Origin: an uncultured delta proteobacterium
GTDB taxonomy: Bacteria; Myxococcota; Myxococcia; Myxococcales; Myxococcaceae
DNA: 64,000 nt
Assembly (NCBI GenBank): GCA_963771175.1
Contig: CAVYSY010000046.1
Span: 229,475-293,474 of the forward strand
Reading direction: 5' to 3'
The position numbers and the translations under genes are program-made. Below the pieces are notes generated by a model. It saw nothing but the letters and a program-made list of their open reading frames with translations. It was not told the DNA's origin and did no database searches. Positions 24,413-39,244 of this stretch are shown here, one piece after another (position 1 is the first letter of the stretch; each line of letters opens with the position of its first letter).

Positions 24413-24916
24413 ATGTCCCGTTCCATGTTCGATGATCTCGAGTCCGCTCCGGCCGTTGGCATGGAGGCGGCCGATGCGAGGACCCTCCGGCTCTCCGCCC
24501 ACCCCCTCACCCAGGACGAGCTGCAGTCCCTCGTCCGCTACCAGGAGGCCTACCTCGCCCATGCCGAGCAGCCCGCGGTGGGGCACGACGGCCTCGGGGC
24601 CGCGCACGAGCTCGGCCTGAAGGCCTCCGGCCTGGAGGTGAAGAAGGTGGAGCTGGGCCTCTCCCTGCTGCGCGCCTACTCCGGCAAGCGCTGGACGGTT
24701 CGCAAGCTGCGCACCCGCCTGGCGGAGCTGGAGCGGCAGTCCGACGCCGTCTCCACCGAGAAGGCTCGCCGGGCCCGCGAGGAGATGGCCCGCGTCGAGG
24801 ATCTGGACCCCCTGGCCCGGCGTTATGGCCAGGAGACGATCGACCTCCTCAACGAGCACGAGGAGCGCCTCGTCGACCTCCACGCCCGGATGCAGAAGGC
24901 CCACAGCCGGGTGTAG
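24413..24916 (+). CDS. Hypothetical helical protein
   Basis: Intact ORF with host codon bias between the VWA gene and miaB. Confidence 0.6.
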   Translation: MSRSMFDDLESAPAVGMEAADARTLRLSAHPLTQDELQSLVRYQEAYLAHAEQPAVGHDGLGAAHELGLKASGLEVKKVELGLSLLRAYSGKRWTVRKLRTRLAELERQSDAVSTEKARRAREEMARVEDLDPLARRYGQETIDLLNEHEERLVDLHARMQKAHSRV

Positions 24917-24999
24917 ATCGCCCGCCCGCCCGCTCGCCGGGTGGTTGCAATCCGCCGGGGCCCATCGGATAAGGGCCCGTTCTCCGTACGGAAAGACCC

Positions 25000-26387
25000 A
25001 TGAAGCGCTACTTCATCCACACCTTCGGCTGCCAGATGAACGTCAACGACTCGCTCCGCATGAGCGAGGTGCTCGGCGAGCTGGCATACCGGCCCACGCC
25101 GGCCCCGGAGGAGGCGGACCTCATCATCCTCAACACCTGCTCCATCCGCGAGAAGGCCGAGGACAAGATGCTCTCCGCCCTGGGCCGCTACCGCACGGTG
25201 AAGCTCGCCCGCGGCACGCTGATCGGCGTGGGCGGGTGCGTGGCGCAGCAGGAGAAGGACAAGCTCCTCAAGAAGGTGCCCTACCTGGACTTCGTCTTCG
25301 GCCCGGACACCATCGCCAAGCTGCCGGAGATCATCGGCCGCGTGCAGGGCGAGCGCGAGCGCGTGGTGGAGACCGCCTGGGTGGACTCGCGAGGAGTACG
25401 TCTTCCCGCGCGCCGACCCCGAGACGAGCCGCGGCAAGGTGACCGAGTTCGTCACGGTGATGAAGGGCTGCGACAACGTCTGCGCCTTCTGCGTGGTGCC
25501 GCACACCCGCGGCCGCGAGGTGAGCCGGGCCTTCCCGGAGGTGCTCGCCGAGGTGGCGGACCTGGCCAAGGTGGGCGTGCGCGAGGTGACGCTCATCGGG
25601 CAGAACGTGAACTCGTACCGGGGCGGCATCAGCTTCGCGCAGTTGCTGCTGCGCACCGCCGAGGTGCCGGGCATCGAGCGCGTGCGCTTCACCACCAGCC
25701 ACCCGCACGACCTGTCGGACGAGCTGATCGAGGCCTTCCGCGTCGCAGCCGAAGATCATGCCGCACTTCCACCTGCCGGTGCAGAGCGGCTCGGACCCGG
25801 TGCTCAAGCGGATGCGGCGCGACTACACCGTGGCCGAGTACCTGGAGCGCCTGGAGAAGCTGCGCGCGGCGCGTCCGGACATCGCGGTCACCACGGACAT
25901 CATCGTGGGCTTCCCCGGCGAGACGGAGGAGGACTTCGCGCTCACGCTGGAGCTCACCGAGAAGGTCCGTTACGAGAACCAGTTCTCGTTCATCTACGCG
26001 CCCCGCCCGAAGACGGGCGCGGCGCTCAAGGAGAAGGAGTGGGGCCTGGTGCCGCACGAGGTGAAGATCGAGCGGCTGGAGCGCCTGCAGAAGATCCAGC
26101 GGCGCATCAGCGGCGAGCTCATGGCCGCGGAGCAGGTGGGCACGGAGGTGGAGGTGCTGGTGGAGGGCCCCTCGCGCTACAACCCGCTCAAGCGCTTCGG
26201 CCGCACGCCGGAGAACCGCACGGTGAACTTCGACGGCGACGCGCCGGCCGGAGCCTTCGTGAAGGTGAAGGTGGAGAGCGCCACGCCGAACCAGCTCGCC
26301 GGCAAGCAGACGGCGGTGCTGAGCCTCCCGACGGTGATGCCCGCCGCCGAGGCCCCCCAGCCCGAGCTCTCGTGCGTCGTCGCCTGA
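25000..26387 (+). CDS. miaB: tRNA-2-methylthio-N6-isopentenyladenosine synthase; frameshifted
   Basis: [30 protein letters not shown] radical-SAM motif; [16 protein letters not shown]-terminal TRAM domain. Confidence 0.95.
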
Positions 26388-26409
26388 GCCTGTCCTCCCA
26401 GGAGCACCC

Positions 26410-26927
26410 ATGGCCCTGAGACGTTTCAAAGACCACTCCCCGCGCGTCCACCCGAGCTGCTTCGTCGAGGACTCGGCGCAGGTCATCGGGGACGTGGAGC
26501 TGGGGGAGGACTCCTCGGTGTGGTTCAACTCGGTGCTGCGGGGGGACGTGAACCCCATCCGCATCGGCCGGAGGACCAACATCCAGGACCTCTCGATGAT
26601 CCACGTCACCAGCGAACGCTACGCCACCTTCATCGGGGACGACGTGACGGTGGGGCACCACGTGGTGCTGCACGGGTGCACCAGGTGGGCAACCGCGTGC
26701 TGGTGGGCATGGGCGCCATCGTCATGGACGGCGTGGAGATCGGCGACGACTGCATCATCGGCGCCGGCACGCTGCTGACGCCGGGGACGAAGGTGCCCCC
26801 GGGCTCGCTGGTGGTGGGTTCCCCTGGAAAGGTGAAGCGGCCCCTCACCGACGAGGAGCGCTCCTTCCTCCTCGAGTCCGCGAAGCACTACGTCCGCACG
26901 GCCGCCGACCATCGCGCCAGCCGTTAA
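26410..26927 (+). CDS. Gamma carbonic anhydrase family (YrdA-like) protein; frameshift near 26680
   Basis: [30 protein letters not shown] hexapeptide repeats. Confidence 0.88.
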
Positions 26928-26965
26928 CGTGACGGACGGGGGCGTGCGTGTTAGGAGCACACCTC

Positions 26966-27421
26966 ATGGAGGTCGCTGCCTCACTCAAGGCGTGCTCGCT
27001 CTTCAAGGACTTCACCGATGTCGGCATCCAGATCTTCGCCGCCATCGGGGTGCCTCGGGCGTTCCCGAAAGGGTCGGCCCTCTTCCAGGAGAACCGTCCC
27101 GGCGAGTCGCTCTTCATCATCAGCGACGGCAAGGTGCGGTTGAGCGCGCGCAACCCCGCGGGCGAGGACGTGTCGCTCGGGGATGTGGGCGCGGGTGAGT
27201 CCCTGGGCGAGATGGCCCTCCTGCAAAAGGGCGAGCGGCTGTGTACCGCCACCGCCGCCACCGACGTCACCGCCGTGGAGATCCGCCACGCGGACTTCCA
27301 GAAGCTGACCGCCCAGAAGCCCCAGGCCTGCATGAAGCTGCTGATGGGGATCGTCACCCACTTCGGCCAGAAGGTCCGCGACAATCGCGAGGCCATGAAG
27401 TCGCTCGTGGGAAAGACTTGA
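26966..27421 (+). CDS. Stand-alone cyclic nucleotide-binding domain protein
   Basis: LFQENRPGESLFIISDGKV…GESLGEMALL…RLCTATA. Confidence 0.82.
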   Translation: MEVAASLKACSLFKDFTDVGIQIFAAIGVPRAFPKGSALFQENRPGESLFIISDGKVRLSARNPAGEDVSLGDVGAGESLGEMALLQKGERLCTATAATDVTAVEIRHADFQKLTAQKPQACMKLLMGIVTHFGQKVRDNREAMKSLVGKT

Positions 27422-27793
27422 GGCCTGGTCCCTCTCGCATCTGCTAGCTTCCCAACACACGATGGGTGGGACGTTCGCGCAGATGCTGGGAGTGTCGCTC
27501 GTGGCCTGGGGCCCGGCCCTCGCATGCGCGGATGCTGACCGGGCGGGCGAGTGCTCGCTGATGAGAGGGCAGGGTGTGGGGAACGACGCGGAACGGCCAG
27601 TCCGGGTGCTCGCACTCCGAGCCTTGGAGCCGCTCGATGATTATCTGGCAGACAGCCGCGGGAGATGCTTCGGGCCGCAGCACGTGGCTCGGAGTTTTGA
27701 CGACGCGTGCCCGGTTGATGCCTGGGCGCTGGAGACCTGGCGCGGGTAGAGCCCGCGAGGCCTCCACGAAGTAAACGAGACCGAGAGACGAGC

Positions 27794-28552
27794 GTGCAAG
27801 AATTCCTCACCAACCTGCTGGGCAATACCCAAGGCTTCCTCGCCTACCTCACCGTTTTTGGCGTGCTGGTGGCGTGTGGGCTCGGCGTGCCACTGCCAGA
27901 GGACATCTCGCTCATCCTGGGTGGGTTTCTCGCCCACAAGGGAGCGGCCAGCCTGCCGATCATGATGCTGGTCGGCTTCGTGGGCATCCTGGCTGGTGAC
28001 AGCCTCATCTACTACGCGGGTCGCCGGCTCGGCTCCCAGGTGGGCCGTTCGCCCAGGGGCTTCCTGGCCAGGGTCGTCACCCCGGAGAAGCGCGCCCGCG
28101 TGGAGGGGCTGTTCGCCCTGCACGGGCAGAAGATCGTGATGATCGCCCGCTTCCTGCCCGGGGTTCGCGCGGTGACGTACTTCTCCGCCGGCTCCGCGCG
28201 CATGTCCTACTGGCGCTTCATCCTCTGGGATGGTCTGGCGGCGCTCCTGTCCGCGCCCTTCTTCGTGTGGCTCGGCTTCCACTTCGGCGACAAGCTGGAC
28301 TACGCCATTGATCGCATGAAGGAGGGCCAGCTCGTGGTGGTGGGCGTCATCGCGGTGGTAGGCCTCGCCTTCTTCCTGTGGCGTAAGCGGCTCTCGGCCC
28401 TCCGCAACGCGGCGCTCGAGGCGGCCGCGAAGGCCTCGCCGGTTCCCGCCCACCTGCTGACCGGCGCGGCCGAGACCCAGCCGGCCGCGGCTCCCGTCTT
28501 CGAGATGGCGGAGAAGCCCGCCGGCACGGATCGCCTGCCGCTCCGCGACTGA
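27794..28552 (+). CDS. DedA family membrane protein
   Basis: GLGVPLPED; AGDSLIYYAGR; ARFLPGVR; SAGSARMSYWRF. Confidence 0.9.
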   Translation: MQEFLTNLLGNTQGFLAYLTVFGVLVACGLGVPLPEDISLILGGFLAHKGAASLPIMMLVGFVGILAGDSLIYYAGRRLGSQVGRSPRGFLARVVTPEKRARVEGLFALHGQKIVMIARFLPGVRAVTYFSAGSARMSYWRFILWDGLAALLSAPFFVWLGFHFGDKLDYAIDRMKEGQLVVVGVIAVVGLAFFLWRKRLSALRNAALEAAAKASPVPAHLLTGAAETQPAAAPVFEMAEKPAGTDRLPLRD

Positions 28553-28586
28553 AAGCACCCCTCTTCCCTCGGGAAGAGGGAAGGGC

Positions 28587-32758
<4,172 letters not shown>

Positions 32759-32788
32759 GGCGCCGGAGCGCGGCGAGGGGGGAGCCGC

Positions 32789-33388
32789 CTACTTGCCGCG
32801 CCTCTTGCCGGAGGCGGGCTGCTCCTCGCTGGCGGGCGACACGCGCTTCTCAGCGCTGCCCACGCGGGTGATGAGGGCCTCCTTGTCATCCAGGTTGAGC
32901 GTCTCGATGGCCTGGCGCAGGGTGTTGAAGTCCAGCCGGGCCACCGTGACGGTGTTACCGCCCTTGATCTCCTGTACGGTGGGCACATCCACCAGCTCGC
33001 GCACGTAGGTCTCGAACTCCACCTTCACGTCCGCCGTCTGCTGGATGCAGGTCTCCTTGGCGGCCACGAGGCGCTGGCTGCCCTCGGTGTAGTGGAGGTC
33101 CGGGTTGCGCGTCATCGCCTCCTCGAAGGTGGTGGTGCGCTTGATGAGCGAGGTGTAGAGGTCGATGTAGCTCAGCACCCGGTCGGTCTCCGGGCGGTTG
33201 ACGTTGCGAGCCTGGTTGAGCGCGTCGCCCGTGTCGTCGCAGTTGACCTTGGCCAGGGACGCCTCATCCGGCGTGTCCCTCGTCGCGTACTGGGTCTCAC
33301 GATCCAGGCGCTCCTCCGAGGAAATCTCCTTCACGCAACCGATGGTGGACAAAGACAGGACGGTTGCAGCAGCGAGCAGGCGGCGCAT
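32789..33388 (-). CDS. Lipoprotein of unknown function
   Basis: Lipobox TIGC; intact ORF. Confidence 0.7.
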   Translation of the reverse strand: MRRLLAAATVLSLSTIGCVKEISSEERLDRETQYATRDTPDEASLAKVNCDDTGDALNQARNVNRPETDRVLSYIDLYTSLIKRTTTFEEAMTRNPDLHYTEGSQRLVAAKETCIQQTADVKVEFETYVRELVDVPTVQEIKGGNTVTVARLDFNTLRQAIETLNLDDKEALITRVGSAEKRVSPASEEQPASGKRRGK

Positions 33389-33433
33389 CCTTGGAACCTC
33401 TGGGGCGGGGACTTATTGGTTGATTTCCGAAAG

Positions 33434-33462
33434 TTTCTAGCGGTAAGGGCCGCATCCGTCAA
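33434..33462 (-). promoter_or_regulatory. Putative promoter of the lipoprotein gene
   Basis: TTGACG-N17-TAGAAA on the minus strand. Confidence 0.4.
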
Positions 33463-33488
33463 CGCGCCCCACTCTCTTGGAGACCCCC

Positions 33489-35044
33489 GTGGACATCCAC
33501 GCTGAGAAGATCCTGATTCTCGATTTCGGGAGCCAGTACACGCAGCTCATCGCTCGCCGCGTGCGCGAGCTCGGGGTGTATTGCGAGATCCACCGCCCCG
33601 ACCTGTCGGCGGAGGAGATCCGCCGCTTCGCCCCCCGGGGCATCATCCTCTCGGGAGGGCCGGCCTCGGTGGAGGCGCCGGGCTCGCCGCGGTGTGATCC
33701 CTACGTCTTCGACGCGGGGCTGCCGGTGCTGGGCATCTGCTACGGCCTGCAACTGCTCTCCAAGCTGCTGGGCGGGCGAGTGGACCGCTCGGCACACCGC
33801 GAGTACGGCTCCGCCGAGGTGGAGGTGCTGTCGCCGCGCGGACCCCTGGCGGCCTTCCACCTGGGGGACCGGGTGAAGGTGTGGATGAGCCACGGAGACC
33901 GGGTGGAGGCGCTGCCGCCGGACTTCGAGGCCATCGGCCGCAGCGGCAACTCGCCCTTCGCGGCGACGGCGCACAAGAGCAAGCCCATCTACGGCCTGCA
34001 GTTCCACCCCGAGGTGGTGCACACCCCGCATGGGCAAGGAGATGCTGCGCGCCTTCCTGTTCACCGACTGCAAGGTGAGCGGGAGCTGGACGATGAAGGG
34101 CTTCATCCAGGAGGCCGAGGAGGCGATCCGCCGGCAGGTGGGCGAGCACGGCCGGGTCATCTGCGGCCTGTCGGGCGGCGTGGACAGCTCGGTGGCGGCG
34201 CTGCTGCTGCACCGGGCGCATCGGCGCCCGGCTGCAGTGCATCTTCGTGGACAACGGCCTCTTGCGGCAGGACGAGCGCGCGCAGGTGGAGGCGCTCTTC
34301 GTGGACCGGTTCCACGTGCCGCTGAAGACGGTGGATGCGCGGGCGCGCTTCCTGGCGAAGCTCGCCGGCGTCACGGATCCGGAGAAGAAGCGGAAGATCA
34401 TCGGCGGCGAGTTCATCGCGGTGTTCGAGGAGGCCGCGCGGGACGTGCAGGGCGCGGAGTTCCTGGCGCAGGGCACGCTGTACCCGGACGTGATCGAGTC
34501 CGTCTCGTACAAGGGCCCGTCGGTGACCATCAAGAGCCACCACAACGTGGGCGGGCTGCCGGAGAAGATGAACCTCAAGCTGGTGGAGCCGCTGCGCGAG
34601 CTCTTCAAGGACGAGGTCCGCGCGCTGGGCCGCGAGCTGGGGCTGCCGGACGAGATGGTGTCGCGGCAGCCGTTCCCGGGGCCGGGCCTGGCGATCCGGG
34701 TGCTGGGGGACATCACCGAGGAGCGGCTGGAGCTGGTGCGCCGCGCGGATGCGATCGTCCAGGAGGAGATCCGGGACGCGGGGCTGTACAAGGAGCTGTG
34801 GCAGGCCTTCGCGGTGCTGCTGCCGGTGCAGAGCGTGGGCGTGATGGGTGACGAGCGCACCTACGAGTCCACCTGCGTGCTGCGCGCGGTGACGAGCGTG
34901 GACGGCATGACGGCGGACTGGGCGCGGCTGCCGTACGACGTGATCGAGCGCATCTCCTCGCGCATCACCAACGAGGTGCGCGGCATCAACCGCGTCGTCT
35001 ACGACATCTCCTCCAAGCCGCCGGCGACGATCGAGTGGGAGTAG
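33489..35044 (+). CDS. guaA: GMP synthase (glutamine-hydrolysing); frameshifted
   Basis: [60 protein letters not shown]. Confidence 0.97.
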
Positions 35045-35090
35045 GGCGCTCGAGCTGAAGCAGGGGGGCCCTCGAATCGAGGGCCAAGAC

Positions 35091-35124
35091 AAAGAGGCTG
35101 CCCGGACGAACCGGGCAGCCTCTT
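35091..35124. terminator. Probable bidirectional terminator between guaA and the S46 peptidase gene
   Basis: Perfect stem AAGAGGCTGCCCGG-acgaa-CCGGGCAGCCTCTT between convergent genes. Confidence 0.75.
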
Positions 35125-35151
35125 CGTGCTACAGGGGGCGACGAGCGGGGA

Positions 35152-37244
35152 TTACATCCCCGGGCGGGCCTTCACGGAGGGCACGGAGCCGGGGCGCAGC
35201 TCCTCGAGGACGCGGTCGGCCTTGTAGACCTTCTTGAGCGCCTCGATGAGGGCCTCGCTGTGGACGGAGACGGCGCGGTTGACGCTCTCGTCGAAGCCGT
35301 AGTCACCGCCGAGCGACTGGATGTTGCCGTCGAACACGAGGCCGACGATCTCCGCGTCCTTGTTGATGACGGGCGAGCCCGAGTTGCCGCCGATGATGTC
35401 GTTGGTGGTGACGAAGTTCATCGGGGTGCTGGCCGTCAGGTCCTTCTGGGCGGCGAGCCAGCTCTTGGGCAGGGCGAACGGATCCTCTCCGGTGTGGCGC
35501 GCGAAGGTGCCTCCCATGGCGGTGATGGGCTCCACCTGCTTGCCGTCCTCCATGTAGCCCTTCACGGAGCCGTACGAGAGGCGCAGGGTGAAGGTGGCGT
35601 CCGGGTAGATGCCGGTGCCGTAGACCTCGAACTTCGCCTGGGCGACCAGCTCGCTGTTCTTGCGGACGACGGCCTCGACCTGTTCCTCGTAGATCTTACG
35701 GATGGCGCGAGCGTCCGGGTCCACCAGGGCGGCGAACTCGATCATCGGATCCTTGGAGGCCTCGATGGCCTGTCTTGCCACCGGAGAAGAGCTGCCTCGC
35801 GGACCTTGAGGTCGGTCAGCTTGGTGCCCTTGACCACGCGGGAGGCCAGCGCCGCCGGAGACTCCTTGCCGAGCACCTTCTTCACGAACGGGTGATCCGG
35901 CCCCAGTTCCTCGCGCATCTTGGTGAGCGAGAAGGTGAGCTGGGCGATCTCCAGCTCGGGGTAGATGGGGGCCTTGCTCAGGACCTGGTTCTTGAGGACG
36001 GGCAGGTTGGCCTCGTTGAACTCGCGGAGACGCTCGGTGTTCGGCTTGGTGAGCTCCTCGGCGGCGCGCACCAGGGTCCGGGCCATGCTGGAGCAGCTGC
36101 TGCCTGCCGAAGGCGCCCTCGATGTACTCGTAGTCCTTGCGGATGTTGCGGTAGCTGTCCTGGGCGCGGGCGATCTCGTCCCAGGCGGCGCCGTACTTCG
36201 CCTTCATCTTCGGATCCGCGTCCACCTTCTTCCGCAGCTCCTGCTCGGCGGCGACCTTCTGGGCGAAGAAGGCCTTGTCGACGAGCGCCTCGTGCCGGCC
36301 CTTGATCGCCTTGAAGCTGTTCTCCACGCCGAACAGCGGTTGTTGGAGATGCGCTTCTGCTCGGCGCCGCGGTTCTGGAACTCGGTGATCATCCCGCGGA
36401 GCTCGGACAGATCGAAGAGCTGCTTGGGCAGACCCACGTCGCGGATGGTACTCGAGCTGCGCCACGGTGAGGCCGCGCGAGGTCCTTCCCGGGTGGCCGG
36501 AGACGAAGGTGAGCTCGCCTTCCTTGGCGCCCTTGTCGGACCACTTGAAGTAGTTGGTCGGTCTTCGCGGGCTTGCCGTCCTTGTAGACGCGCACGAAGG
36601 TCACGTCGAGGTCGTACCGGGGGAACTTGAAGTTGTCCGGATCACCGCCGAAGAAGGCGATGGCGTGCTCGGGGGCGAACACGAGGCGGACGTCCTGGAA
36701 GCGCTGGTACTTGTAGAGGTTGTACTTGCCGCCCTGGTACAGGGTCACCACCTCGCAGCGAGATGTCGGTGCCGGTGGCGCAGTCCTTCTCGATGCTTGG
36801 CCATCTCGGCCTTGAGCGTGTCGGCGTACGGCTTGCCGGTGAGGCCCTTGGTGGCGGCGTTGCAGCTGCGCGGTGACGTCGGTGAGCTCGACGAGCTGGT
36901 TGACGCTCCATGGCCGGGCACTGGAGCTCCTCGGCCTGGGTCTTGGCGTAGAAGCCGTTGGCGATGAAGTCCTTCTTGGCGGTGGAGAGCTGCTCGATGC
37001 AGCCACGCGCACAGTGGTGATTCGTCATCACCAGGCCGTCCGGGGAGACGAAGCTCGAGCCGAGCAGCCGCCCGCGATGCGCACCGAGGCCAGAGCGCAC
37101 GTTGTCGAGCCACTCCTGAGTGGGCTCGAAGCCGTACTTCTCCTTCACCTTGGCGGCGGGGAAGTTGTTGTACGTCCACATGCCCTCGTCGGCGAGGGCG
37201 GGGGCGGCGCCGACCAGGGAGGCTAGGATGAGCAGACGCTTCAT
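35152..37244 (-). CDS. S46 family dipeptidyl peptidase; multiple frameshifts
   Basis: ALADEGMW; SFVSPDGLVMTNHHC; FFGGDPDNF; YPDATFTLRLSYG; DIIGGNSGSPV; GLVFDGN. Confidence 0.9.
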
Positions 37245-37516
37245 TACGGGAGTCCTTTCCGGGATCCGGAGGTGCCGCGGGTTGTCCCGGGAACGGCCGG
37301 TCCGGTCAAGCAGGGGAGAAATGGGGAGAAAAATCCCGGCGCCTGAACCCATGAGCGGGACTTTGATTTCCGATCGACCGCACGAACGGACGCAGTCTCC
37401 GCAAGCGAGCGGGATGACGCCGCTCATCGGAATGGAGGCCCGGAGGGCGACGGGGAGGAGCCGAAAACCAGCGCCCGGACCCGTGGTCCGAGGACCCCTT
37501 GGGCGGCCCTATGCTG

Positions 37517-37544
37517 AGTTTACATAACGCACATTATCAGACGC
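37517..37544 (-). other. dif: XerCD dif-like recombination site
   Basis: Minus strand reads GCGTCTGATAA-TGTGCG-TTATGTAAACT: an 11-6-11 layout with ATAA-N6-TTAT core and a XerD-like arm; intergenic; gene strand bias flips here. Confidence 0.8.
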
Positions 37545-37866
37545 AAAGGCTATTTGCGGCCTGATTCCGGGGACTTACCCATCCGCTGGCCCGAGCTGGC
37601 CGCGCCCACGACGCCCGCCGATGTGGCCGCTATATCGGAGCGCTGCCCCAGCGGCGCCAGGCACCGGCCCGCGCCGTACGACTGGTGGTGGAGAGACCCA
37701 GCCGAAATGACCGAGCCGAACTGCTCCAGGGGCTTCAACAGGAACTCGCCGCGGCCAGTTTGTGCCTGCCGACGCCCGGACTCGAGGGCGAACTCGACGA
37801 GTTTGGTGGACGAGCCAGCGCCGGTATGCCGGTATGCCGATTCCATTGAAACAAGGTGGGCGCTCA

Positions 37867-38439
37867 ATGAAAAGAAGACACCTTCTCGACCGTTTGATTG
37901 CCGCCGCATTCACCTGTTTGATTGTCATATACCTCGTCCTGGTCTTCAACAACGCCGAATTCTTCAATTGGGTTTTCGAGCGACATCAGAACCGGTTGAG
38001 CTGGTACATCAGGCCGCTTTTCTTGATTCCCTTCTGCTTTTTCGCCTACTGGCGAAGTCTGGCCGGCATCGCGGGCACGATCTTCCTGCTGCTTACAAGC
38101 ATGTGCTGGTTTTCAAAGCCCGTCGTCGTCGATGACCAGGTCAGAGAGTTCTTGCAGTTCGAAAAAGACTGGCTCACTCAAAACTGGGGGCTCTCCAAGA
38201 TCCTGCTGATGCTGCTCGTTCCCGCCTCCTTGGCCGCGCTCGCCGTCTCCCTCTGGAGGCGCGGTCTATGGCTCGGCATATCGGTTATCGTCTGCATGGC
38301 CCTTGGGAAAATCGTTTGGAGTTTGACCCAGGCTGGAGAATCTGGAGCGTCCATTTTAGTGCCCGCGATCACAGGGCTTTTGTTGTGCGTTTTGGCGGTG
38401 CTGTGGGGATTCAAAATCCTGGAAAGGAAATCGGGTTGA
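37867..38439 (+). CDS. Hypothetical multi-TM membrane protein, atypical (lower GC) codon usage
   Basis: About 5 hydrophobic segments; ERHQNRLSWYIRPLF motif; many A/T-ending codons. Confidence 0.7.
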   Translation: MKRRHLLDRLIAAAFTCLIVIYLVLVFNNAEFFNWVFERHQNRLSWYIRPLFLIPFCFFAYWRSLAGIAGTIFLLLTSMCWFSKPVVVDDQVREFLQFEKDWLTQNWGLSKILLMLLVPASLAALAVSLWRRGLWLGISVIVCMALGKIVWSLTQAGESGASILVPAITGLLLCVLAVLWGFKILERKSG

Positions 38440-38633
38440 TCCGCCAACTCGCCCCGGACGAGCACCCGCTTCAGCTCGCGGTCCCCTTCATCTCCGGGTT
38501 GGTACGAGCCCAGCAACTCGCCAGGGCCTTCACGGCCTGACGGCCTGCCCCGCGAGGGGCCGTGGCATCGCGCTCGAGCCCCGGCTTTCGCGCTTCTCGC
38601 CCTGCACGTTGGGACATAGGGTTTCCGCGCCCT

Positions 38634-39185
38634 ATGCGACTCCCTCGTTTGAACTTCGCGGTCTGCGCGGCCGCACTCCTCGTGGCCGGGTGTCCCAAGC
38701 CCTCTACCCCAGGCGAAGATGCCGGCGTCACCACCGAGCCTGGCGCTGAAACGGATGCGGGCACGGAACCTGGCCCCGCGTCGTTCACGCTCCAGTACGT
38801 GCTCCCGGATGCCGGGATGGACGCCATCCCCCTGGTGGGCCCGGACGAGGGCCGACCGCTTATCGAGCCCACGTCAACGCTTGAGCTGCGCAGTACCCTG
38901 ACGCTGCGGAACTATCGCATCCGCCTGTTCGACGAGGTCGATCGCGCCATGGTCTCGGATGACGCCGCCGAGGAATCCGCGAACGGGCTGCTGTACCGCA
39001 TCTCCCTGCCCACGCCCCTCAAGACCGGCCACAAGTACACCCTGGTCATCGACGCGCAGACCGGCACGTCGATGACCGACTCCCAGGGCCGCGAACTGCC
39101 CGACCTCCGGATTCCCTTCCAGGTCTCCGGTGAAAAGGAAAAACCGGCACCGCCCCCCAAGAAACAAAAACAGCGCCGGCGCTGA
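38634..39185 (+). CDS. Lipoprotein with Ig-like domain
   Basis: Lipobox VAGC; DAG linker repeats; PTPLKTGHKYTLVID…TDSQG resembles bacterial Ig-like domains. Confidence 0.7.
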   Translation: MRLPRLNFAVCAAALLVAGCPKPSTPGEDAGVTTEPGAETDAGTEPGPASFTLQYVLPDAGMDAIPLVGPDEGRPLIEPTSTLELRSTLTLRNYRIRLFDEVDRAMVSDDAAEESANGLLYRISLPTPLKTGHKYTLVIDAQTGTSMTDSQGRELPDLRIPFQVSGEKEKPAPPPKKQKQRRR

Positions 39186-39244
39186 GCCCCGGCATTCCCC
39201 AGAGCTCCGCGACCGGGCCAGGCCCCCTGGCGCGGAGCTTCCGC

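Noticed and set aside
27422..27793. 370-bp intergenic region or 95-aa ORF as a possible ncRNA or riboswitch
   Set aside because: No recognisable RNA family motif or convincing coding signal by eye; an Rfam/Infernal scan would be needed
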